Source: a virus | Taxonomy: Duplodnaviria > Caudoviricetes | Strand: one strand, 5' to 3' | DNA: 61,656 nt | IMG/VR virus record: IMGVR_UViG_3300028897_000348 | Coordinates: 1-61,656 of that record | Translations under genes and position numbers: made by a program | In this document: positions 46,500 to 53,969 of the stretch, piece by piece | Layout: each line of letters starts with the position of its first letter | How positions within the stretch are numbered: position 1 is the stretch's first letter | Notes under the pieces: model-generated | Database searches by the model: none | Seen by the model: the letters and a program-made list of their open reading frames with translations, nothing else | What the model was told of the DNA's origin: nothing

Positions 46500-49200
46500 C
46501 CTTTTCTCCTTCTAAAATTTTGTCCATTATTCCTCGGTATGAGTCACTATTCAGAATTCCTAAAAGAATACTTCGTTTTGGATTTGAAAAAGCTAAACTA
46601 AGTAACCATGACTCGTAACTTGGAACTGTTTGTATACTGTGATATTCTGGAGATACCTTATCTCGATTATCTAAAAGTCTCCATTTTTTGGCACCTTTCC
46701 ACATTAGTTGTGAAACCACACATTCAAAATGTATATGATGTATATTTTGTCCACTACTGTTATATACTTCAAACAGTTCTGACACTATTTCTTTATAAGT
46801 TTTATCTTTAAACTGGTGTAGTAACTTTGAAATCGTAGACAAATCCGCAACGATGTCCATTTGTCTCATATTTATATTATCATCAACACCTTTTATAACA
46901 GCAGATCCAGAAGTATGAAAAGTTCTAAGAATTAATTGCGTTCCTCTTTCTCCTAAAGATTGAGCGGCAATTACTCCAATGAATCTACTATGAAGCGTTT
47001 TATAAAGATCACCATAACATTTATGACAAATCTTTGGACTCTCACAAAATATAGGACTTCTTAGTTGTATTATTCTATCGATAAAATTTCTATAGTTATC
47101 TGGAGTAATCTGTTTTAATTCCCCATCCTCTAAAAAATATCTCCAAACTAACATCTCAGCCTTCTTTGGAGTATCTACATGAACTTCTAAACAATCTCTA
47201 GTTCCACAATCATCTAGTTCAGGGTCAATCTGAAGGTTAACGCAAGTAAATATTAGTTTCCTAGAAAGATATCCAGATGTTCCAGTATTTAATGCAACAT
47301 CTAAAAGTCCTTTTCTACAACCATATGTAGAGTTGAAAAACTCCTCTTGATTTAATCCATCTAATAAACTACTTTTAATTGGCGTCGGCAAAATCTCGCC
47401 ATTAAAGTTAGACACAAAACCTCTAGATAAAATTATTTGTCGTACTTGATCCCAAGTTCCTCTCGCACCAGACTCCACTAAATAAGAATAGGTAAAATTT
47501 TCTTTAAGTAACTCTTCTGTTTCTTTCTTAGTAGTATTAGTAAGTTGAGATCTTATATCTTGAGGAGAGTACAACAATTCTTTTACTTTCTCAGAACCCT
47601 CAAAAAAGCAATCATCTAATGCCATTGTAACACCAAGTAAAGTCGAATATTTAAATCCAATTCTTTTAATATTATCTAACGTTTTTATAACAACAAGTTC
47701 ATCATATTTCGATTTGATATCATTCAATATTTTCATCAATGTTTTCTTATCGACAACTTCATTTACTAATGGATAATCTTCTGGTAGACTTTCATTAAAA
47801 ACTTTTATCCCTTGATAAACGTCTTCTCCTTTGTAATGAACTTTCTCTTGTAAATTAGAAAATCTATCTGATGTAAGACTAAAAACTCCTAGTATAATAT
47901 CCTGCCCAGGAATTGTAGTTAAATTTCCATCTGCAGGACTATTCAAATTTTTACCTACAAACAGTTTCTCTCTAACTTCTTGTTTACTTTCTTCTGATAT
48001 CGGAATGTAAACCGCCATTTGGTCTCCATCAAAATCTGCATTAAATGGAGTACAAATAAGGGGATGTATCTTAATAACTGAGTCTAAACTAATCTTAATA
48101 TTAAACCCTAACATTCCAAGTCGGTGAAGAGAAGGTTGTCTATTTAAAATACATACTTCATCTTTTGATATCTCTTCACAAACTTTGAAAAGAACTGGAG
48201 ACTTGAGTTTAATACAATTGTCCACAAAATCGATAGCTTTGTTTAATAATTTAAATCTCCTAACTTCAAGTAACTTTTTCGCTACAGGAATTTTAAACAT
48301 CTCCAAAAACATCAAATATGGAATAATGCACTCATCTAAATTTAAAGTTGGGTCTGGAACAATTACAGCTCTTCCAGAAAAGTCAATGCGCTTACCTAAG
48401 ATGTTTCCTCTAATAAGACCTTCTTTCTTAGAAAGTTTGTCAAGAATATGATGATATAACTCATTTACGTCTTTCTGTAGTTGCTTAAAATAAGTATAAA
48501 ATAGACTTTTATCACGTTGAATATCAAAGATCGTATCTTTCATTATCTCCTTTTTCGTAAGTATTTGAACATAGAATCTGTTAATCTTATCTACTACTTG
48601 GTCATTTTTACTTACACTTTTCGAAGCAGGTCTAAGATCTGGTGGAAGAACTATAACATGTTTAATAAAAAGTTTATCAATATTATCTCGAACTAACTTC
48701 CAATCTAATAAATCATCTGCAAGATTATTTGCGAGATCTAAAACTACTTTCTGGATTGCTTCCAATTTCTCCCACTTTTGAGCACCACTAGGGACTTGTT
48801 CTAGTTTAGTTGTAACTACATGCTCGTCACCATCCATATATAAAATACTTTTCTCACTTCTCAACAACTCATCAAGAACTGACTTTAGATCACTTCCACC
48901 TACATCAACTAGTAAATCATAAAATACAGGATTTACTACCGGAATAGGCAACGTTATCTTAGCAAATCTTTGACGTCGTTCATAACTATTTACAATGTCA
49001 ACTCCACATATTTTACAAGTCCCACCAGACTTAGAAACACCATAATACGTACCACATTGACAAGTATAGTTCCTCACAGGCCCAAAAATCTGTTCAGAAA
49101 ATAGACCTTCTGGATGAAACCTTCTTTTTAACATAACCTTGGTTGAAGTAACTTCTTTCAAGTTCTCACAGAATTTATTGTTGTCCAAGAGTTTTGGCAT
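46489..49200 (-). CDS. rpoC: Phage multisubunit RNA polymerase beta' subunit
   Basis: Zn finger CQCG..CKIC, GKRIDFSGRAVI, NRQPSLH, catalytic NADFDGD, bridge helix GYLSRKL and trigger loop GTQLILRTFH. Confidence 0.95.
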   Translation of the reverse strand: MPKLLDNNKFCENLKEVTSTKVMLKRRFHPEGLFSEQIFGPVRNYTCQCGTYYGVSKSGGTCKICGVDIVNSYERRQRFAKITLPIPVVNPVFYDLLVDVGGSDLKSVLDELLRSEKSILYMDGDEHVVTTKLEQVPSGAQKWEKLEAIQKVVLDLANNLADDLLDWKLVRDNIDKLFIKHVIVLPPDLRPASKSVSKNDQVVDKINRFYVQILTKKEIMKDTIFDIQRDKSLFYTYFKQLQKDVNELYHHILDKLSKKEGLIRGNILGKRIDFSGRAVIVPDPTLNLDECIIPYLMFLEMFKIPVAKKLLEVRRFKLLNKAIDFVDNCIKLKSPVLFKVCEEISKDEVCILNRQPSLHRLGMLGFNIKISLDSVIKIHPLICTPFNADFDGDQMAVYIPISEESKQEVREKLFVGKNLNSPADGNLTTIPGQDIILGVFSLTSDRFSNLQEKVHYKGEDVYQGIKVFNESLPEDYPLVNEVVDKKTLMKILNDIKSKYDELVVIKTLDNIKRIGFKYSTLLGVTMALDDCFFEGSEKVKELLYSPQDIRSQLTNTTKKETEELLKENFTYSYLVESGARGTWDQVRQIILSRGFVSNFNGEILPTPIKSSLLDGLNQEEFFNSTYGCRKGLLDVALNTGTSGYLSRKLIFTCVNLQIDPELDDCGTRDCLEVHVDTPKKAEMLVWRYFLEDGELKQITPDNYRNFIDRIIQLRSPIFCESPKICHKCYGDLYKTLHSRFIGVIAAQSLGERGTQLILRTFHTSGSAVIKGVDDNINMRQMDIVADLSTISKLLHQFKDKTYKEIVSELFEVYNSSGQNIHHIHFECVVSQLMWKGAKKWRLLDNRDKVSPEYHSIQTVPSYESWLLSLAFSNPKRSILLGILNSDSYRGIMDKILEGEKVDA

Positions 49201-49215
49201 GATTGTCTCCTTTTA

Positions 49216-49419
49216 TTAATCGAATTTTTCTTTGATAAATTCTGCTATTTCTACAAAATGTTGTTTTACTTTTTTAGAAATTAAACGGTCGAGATCTGAT
49301 TGAATTTCTTGTACAATTTTTGAGATCTCGGCTTTAGTGATTTCAGTTTGTGTTTCCTTCACTTTTTTCTCAACTAGTTCATTTACTTCTTTCTCGATTT
49401 GTTCACTTAAAATCGTCAT
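49216..49419 (-). CDS. Small coiled-coil protein
   Basis: MTILSEQIEKEV... start preferred to minimise overlap with the upstream gene. Confidence 0.6.
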   Translation of the reverse strand: MTILSEQIEKEVNELVEKKVKETQTEITKAEISKIVQEIQSDLDRLISKKVKQHFVEIAEFIKEKFD

Positions 49420-49912
49420 CAACTTTTCCTTTCTTCCTTTGTTGAGGGAGTATTCTACCTTTATCAAAAATACTTTTGATTTTATCTTCTATAAATCTTG
49501 AAATTAAACCTAATTTAGGTGAGTTAGAAAAAACGTCTGTTTCTTTTCTTTCTTTTCCTATTTTTAACCACTTTTCAACTCCGATACTTTCATATTTAAT
49601 TTCTCCCCACGGAGTAAAGTAACAATTATCCAAGTTGAAAATATTGATCATATGTTCTATATACTCAATAGACTGTTCATTAAGAGGGAGATTTCTCAAC
49701 TCAAACGGTATACAAAATTCGTTTGTATCTGGGTCAGAATTTGGATGTATAGAATCTAAATAAACTGAGTCAATTTTTCCGTCAACTAATCTAACTGTAT
49801 ATTTCCTTATAACATATTTTGGGTCAATATCCGTAATTCTAAACAAACTATTTCTGTATATCATTTTCTTTGGAACTATAACTTTTTTTGTTTCTACCTC
49901 TTTTATACTCAT
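49403..49912 (-). CDS. Putative E2 (UBC-fold)-like protein
   Basis: HPNSDPDTNEFC = HPN-x8-C, the spacing of UBC active sites; coupled to a ThiF gene. Confidence 0.5.
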   Translation of the reverse strand: MSIKEVETKKVIVPKKMIYRNSLFRITDIDPKYVIRKYTVRLVDGKIDSVYLDSIHPNSDPDTNEFCIPFELRNLPLNEQSIEYIEHMINIFNLDNCYFTPWGEIKYESIGVEKWLKIGKERKETDVFSNSPKLGLISRFIEDKIKSIFDKGRILPQQRKKGKVDDDFK

Positions 49913-50769
49913 TACGCTGCTCCAGTCTCTGGAATTAGTACTACGTAATTTTTATCTTTTTCTGTATAAGTAGATATAATAAAGTTATTAAATATAACTG
50001 GTAAGTTTAACATAGAAGTTAAATTAACAATAACATCTTCTCCAGATTTTAAAGAACCAGCTGGTATAGTTTTTACTGAAACATTTTTTTCACCAATACA
50101 CATACTTACATCTAAATCTGATTTTTTATTCATTTGAAGAATTGGAAGTAAATTTTCTTTTAAGTTTATTAGTTTCTCCTCTCCAACAGTAGCGTCATAA
50201 GCCACATCATCTGTACTTTGATTCATCTGTTTTAAATAATCTAAATCAAATTTACTTACATTATTATCTCGGATTAAAGAAGAAATAATATCGCTCTCGA
50301 TGAGCGTTGTTACCATATTAGCGGCGTTTCTCAAATCACCTTTAGTCAATCTACTTATGTATCTCCCTTCGAAATGTCTATCATACATTACATTCTTGCG
50401 ACAGTCTACTATTAAGTATCTCGACGATATATGCAACCTCGCATGGATTAAATCTTTCCTGTCATAAGTAAAATCTCTACAATCTAATATCAAATCGCAG
50501 TTTGGTAATTCTTCTTCTCCTTCAACAAATCTTGTATTTAATTTTACAACTTCTAAATCTTTATTCCTTGCCTGAATTATATCTGAGATCGCGTCAACTT
50601 TTAGTTTTCCAACATCGTTAGTTTTATATATAGCATTTCTCAAGTTCTTCTCATATACGACGTCATAGTCTACTAAGACTATCTTCTTTATCATATCAAG
50701 TTGTGAAATAACGTCGGCAACAAATCCACCGAGAGTTCCAAGTCCGATAACAGCAATATTAGAATACAT
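49912..50769 (-). CDS. ThiF/MoeB/E1-family adenylyltransferase-like protein (second copy)
   Basis: IAVIGLGTLG, LVDYDVVYEKNLRN, DVGKLKV and LILDCRD. Confidence 0.85.
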   Translation of the reverse strand: MYSNIAVIGLGTLGGFVADVISQLDMIKKIVLVDYDVVYEKNLRNAIYKTNDVGKLKVDAISDIIQARNKDLEVVKLNTRFVEGEEELPNCDLILDCRDFTYDRKDLIHARLHISSRYLIVDCRKNVMYDRHFEGRYISRLTKGDLRNAANMVTTLIESDIISSLIRDNNVSKFDLDYLKQMNQSTDDVAYDATVGEEKLINLKENLLPILQMNKKSDLDVSMCIGEKNVSVKTIPAGSLKSGEDVIVNLTSMLNLPVIFNNFIISTYTEKDKNYVVLIPETGAA

Positions 50770-50805
50770 CTTATCCTTCCAAAATAAAGATTTTTACAAT
50801 CAAAA

Positions 50806-51081
50806 TCAAGAACTTTCTTTACTACTTTCAAAATTAACAATAAGTTCTAGTATTTCCGGGCCACGATCTAAAATAAATTTAACTTCTTCTTTATTAAGAC
50901 GTCCTATCTTAGAATAACCTATTGTACCATCTTGTTTCTTAAAAGACCTCACAAGTTGAAGTTTTGCTTCGCCTCCATCATAAGAAAATACTGATAGCTG
51001 TAAAGTCGACTTCTCCTGTTCAAATTCAAACAATTTTATCAAAATGTCTTTCTCTTGGTCATATCCCATATTTTTCTCCAT
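50806..51081 (-). CDS. Putative PC4/YdbC-like nucleic-acid-binding protein
   Basis: SVFSYDGGEAKLQLVR...KIGRLNKEEV pattern. Confidence 0.5.
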   Translation of the reverse strand: MEKNMGYDQEKDILIKLFEFEQEKSTLQLSVFSYDGGEAKLQLVRSFKKQDGTIGYSKIGRLNKEEVKFILDRGPEILELIVNFESSKESS

Positions 51082-51088
51082 TTAAGTT

Positions 51089-51118
51089 AACGGGACGAAC
51101 AAATATTCGTCCCGTTTT
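51089..51118. terminator. Hairpin terminator
   Basis: Stem AACGGGACGAA / TTCGTCCCGTT. Confidence 0.7.
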
Positions 51119-51127
51119 CTAAAGGAA

Positions 51128-51718
51128 TTATAAGAGGAATAGTCTCTTCTCCGTATCGGTTGGATCAGGCATAAATTCAGATTTAAACTTAAAAACTTTG
51201 ACAGTTTCTTTTAATGGATAATCTCGTGGAATCTTATATAGAATCTTAACTTTCTTATTTCCCTTTGAATCTTCTTCTGTTAAAGTCTTAATCCAATTTT
51301 TATCGTCAGCTTTTAAACCAGAAAGAATAGGAAGAACTTCACCATTAAAAAAGTCAAGATCTTGATCATTTCTCATTCTCATAGATCTCCCAACAAACAA
51401 AGTCTTCCAACGATATGGCTGATTATTAATCGGTTCAGAACTCACTTTATACTCAGCAGCTTTTAGTGCTCTACTTAAAGCAATTCCTCTTCCAGTTGCT
51501 TTCGAAAATGAGTCTAGAACAGAACATATAGCAACTCCTCTAGCAATCATAGTCTTATCAATGTTAAAGAAAACACAAGCAGTAAAAATATTTTGAGTCA
51601 CTGGTGAAGTATGACGATAATATTTTACAGATACTTGTAAATCGTCTAATCTTTCCTCTACTGTTTTCCTTACTTTAACATTAACAACAGACCCTTCTAC
51701 ATTTGTTTTTGATTTCAT
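51128..51718 (-). CDS. Hypothetical phage protein
   Basis: GVAICSVLDSFSKATGRGIALSRA pattern resembles small phage proteins; function unknown. Confidence 0.7.
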   Translation of the reverse strand: MKSKTNVEGSVVNVKVRKTVEERLDDLQVSVKYYRHTSPVTQNIFTACVFFNIDKTMIARGVAICSVLDSFSKATGRGIALSRALKAAEYKVSSEPINNQPYRWKTLFVGRSMRMRNDQDLDFFNGEVLPILSGLKADDKNWIKTLTEEDSKGNKKVKILYKIPRDYPLKETVKVFKFKSEFMPDPTDTEKRLFLL

Positions 51719-51744
51719 TTCTCTAATTCCTTAGTTTTAATGAA

Positions 51745-51768
51745 GGGAACTAGATAATTCTAGCTCCC
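51745..51768 (-). terminator. Hairpin downstream of the Ubl gene
   Basis: GGGAACTAGA / TCTAGCTCCC stem. Confidence 0.55.
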
Positions 51769-51785
51769 CCCATATTCCCAGTTGT

Positions 51786-52253
51786 CTAACCTTTAGTTCC
51801 AGCTGTTTTTAAGAACTCAAGCGTGTCTCCCGGTTGAAGGATGTAACCATCGTTTACTGGATTTCCATTAACAATTCCTTGTGCTAGTCGGTCAACATTT
51901 AGAACTTCCTTCAAGAACTCAGCTACAGCACCTACAGTCTTATATGCTACATCAAAAGTTCCAGAAGCAGCGCCGCTTGAGACCCGAACAGTAGTAGTAG
52001 TCCTATCACCTTTCTGATTCTGAGGTTTCGTTAACCTACTTTCAAACGTACCTGCCATAGCAGTAACTCGCTGATCCACTTTTTTCGAAGGTGCTACAGA
52101 AGCTGTACCACCTTGCTTCTCAAGAATCGCACTTATGATCACATCTTTCCTTTTCTTAGTTAACCCAGGAATGTTAAGATCATAAACACACATTTGTCTT
52201 AATTCGACTACCGTTTTTTGTTCGAGTTGTTCTCTTGTATACGTAGTAGACAT
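51786..52253 (-). CDS. Ubiquitin-like (beta-grasp, ThiS/MoaD-type) protein with N-terminal HeH/Rho-N-like domain, C-terminus AGTKG
   Basis: IVNGNPV..GYILQPGDTLEFLKTAGTKG*; N-terminal KTVVELRQMC..LNIPGLTKKRKDVIISAI. Confidence 0.8.
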   Translation of the reverse strand: MSTTYTREQLEQKTVVELRQMCVYDLNIPGLTKKRKDVIISAILEKQGGTASVAPSKKVDQRVTAMAGTFESRLTKPQNQKGDRTTTTVRVSSGAASGTFDVAYKTVGAVAEFLKEVLNVDRLAQGIVNGNPVNDGYILQPGDTLEFLKTAGTKG

Positions 52254-52255
52254 TA

Positions 52256-52948
52256 CTACCTCCTTTGTCTAATTGTTCTGACTTTGGCGTCAGATGTCAT
52301 TGTCAAAATATCAAAATAGACTTCAGAGAACTTGTAGTTCTCTTTTATAGCAACATTATAAAGTGCCCAGCACATGATTGTTGCTACTCCCATATTAGTA
52401 AAAAGTAACTGAGGTTCTGACTTAGATAACTCTTCACAAGATAGTTCATCAGGCGTTTTGTCAAGTGGATTTTGTATTTCTGGATGATAGGCGCATAAGT
52501 CCGGCGTTAAATCTTTACCCTCCTTTCTGACATAAATTTGCACGTTCCCATCTGTATATTCATTTCCGCCTGAAACTAGAGTTACATTCTGTAACTCCTT
52601 ACAATAATTTGATACCAGCATCCTCGTTTTATGATTATCTACACCTAGAAGAACTATATCATTCTCCTTTATTATACTTGGTATAATATTCTCGTCAACA
52701 AAACAAGGAACTGAGTTAATTGTTACATGTTCGAACTTAATACTAAGTTCTCTCTCCTTTACATCAGCCTTATTTCCCAACTGAGAAAATTCCTGTCTCT
52801 CAGTATTTTTCAATTCGTAACTATCTCCATCAACTAATGTTATTTCAGTCTGTATGTCTCTCAAATGGTCTACAAATCTACAAACTTTCTCCGATAAAAT
52901 AGAACCAATTCCACCTAAACCAATAATCCTTACCTTCATCTCCTTCAT
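52256..52948 (-). CDS. E1/ThiF-family activating enzyme
   Basis: IIGLGGIGS, LVDGDSYELKNTERQ, GVDNHKTR, and SCEELS..EPQLLFTN with candidate catalytic Cys. Confidence 0.9.
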   Translation of the reverse strand: MKEMKVRIIGLGGIGSILSEKVCRFVDHLRDIQTEITLVDGDSYELKNTERQEFSQLGNKADVKERELSIKFEHVTINSVPCFVDENIIPSIIKENDIVLLGVDNHKTRMLVSNYCKELQNVTLVSGGNEYTDGNVQIYVRKEGKDLTPDLCAYHPEIQNPLDKTPDELSCEELSKSEPQLLFTNMGVATIMCWALYNVAIKENYKFSEVYFDILTMTSDAKVRTIRQRR

Positions 52949-52994
52949 TTAAATCCTCCATTAAGAAATAATAAAATCTGATTCAAAGAATGTC

Positions 52995-53969
52995 TTATTC
53001 CAAATCTAAAATATCTTTTAATATTAGATCTACTTTAAAATTTCTAAACATACAATCCGTACATGGGTTATAAGACTCGTCTCGATCTTCGTCTTTCTTG
53101 ACGTCAACAATTGAGGTAACTCCAACTTGCTTAGTTGGACTTTGATATGATTGGAACAAATCTGCATAACCTGAATACAAACTAGTAAAATCTACATATT
53201 TACCACTATAAGCAGTATATGTTGTTTTTCTTGACTTAACAAACCCAATCCACCTTTTATCAAATTTCCTTTCTTCTCTACTAGCTAAAATTGTATAACC
53301 AAGTTTAGACTTTACATATTTTTTGTACTCTTTTTTTCCACCAACTACTGTAAAATTAGGCTTAAACATCGAAGGCCACCAAGGAGTATATTCAACTAAA
53401 TTTAAACCATCTATATACTCTGTAGGACTCACCATAAATCTATAACCATTTGCCATAACTGACGCAGAAATAGATATAAATTGATCATCTACGTCTCCAA
53501 TAGTAATATGAAGTCCGTCAAAGTGCGCCTCGTCCATATGATCAATAGTTGAGTGAAAAGCAGACATATTTCCATGACTATGAATTGAACCTATCAAATT
53601 ATAACCATCATATAAAACATTTTTTACATAACTAATTCCACCATATGAAACTTCTTGGGGTGGTACTTGTATTATATAACGTTTTTTCTTCTGATTATAA
53701 TGAAGAAGAACACAAGCTTCGCTCTTCTTTAGTTCATAAATTGTTTTAAAGAACTCAAAGACTTTTGCGAATCTTTCACTAGGAATCTTCTTGATATGTA
53801 GAGTTGCTTCTGGAGAAATATCTTCCAATATCGAAATTTTATCAACTGGCGCTAAACTCTCAAGAACACCCATTCTTTTCTTTAAATAAATTCCACCTTT
53901 TGCTATAACATAAAAGATATCATCATTTGGAAGTTCTGATTTTCCATCATGTATAACTACTTTAAACAT
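52995..53969 (-). CDS. JAB/MPN+ (JAMM) metalloprotease, PRTRC protein A-like
   Basis: SEAC Glu followed by HSHGNMSAFHSTID = HxH-x7-S-x2-D. Confidence 0.9.
   Translation of the reverse strand: MFKVVIHDGKSELPNDDIFYVIAKGGIYLKKRMGVLESLAPVDKISILEDISPEATLHIKKIPSERFAKVFEFFKTIYELKKSEACVLLHYNQKKKRYIIQVPPQEVSYGGISYVKNVLYDGYNLIGSIHSHGNMSAFHSTIDHMDEAHFDGLHITIGDVDDQFISISASVMANGYRFMVSPTEYIDGLNLVEYTPWWPSMFKPNFTVVGGKKEYKKYVKSKLGYTILASREERKFDKRWIGFVKSRKTTYTAYSGKYVDFTSLYSGYADLFQSYQSPTKQVGVTSIVDVKKDEDRDESYNPCTDCMFRNFKVDLILKDILDLE

Noticed and set aside
43222-49200. Host chromosome contamination because of rpoB/rpoC
   Set aside because: Reversed gene order, reduced size, no flanking ribosomal protein genes, and seamless operon context with phage genes.
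51786-52948. ThiF/ThiS or MoeB/MoaD cofactor biosynthesis genes
   Set aside because: No thiG/moaE-type genes in the window, the E1 lacks the paired CxxC zinc motifs, the Ubl ends GTKG rather than GG, and E2-like and JAB genes are adjacent.
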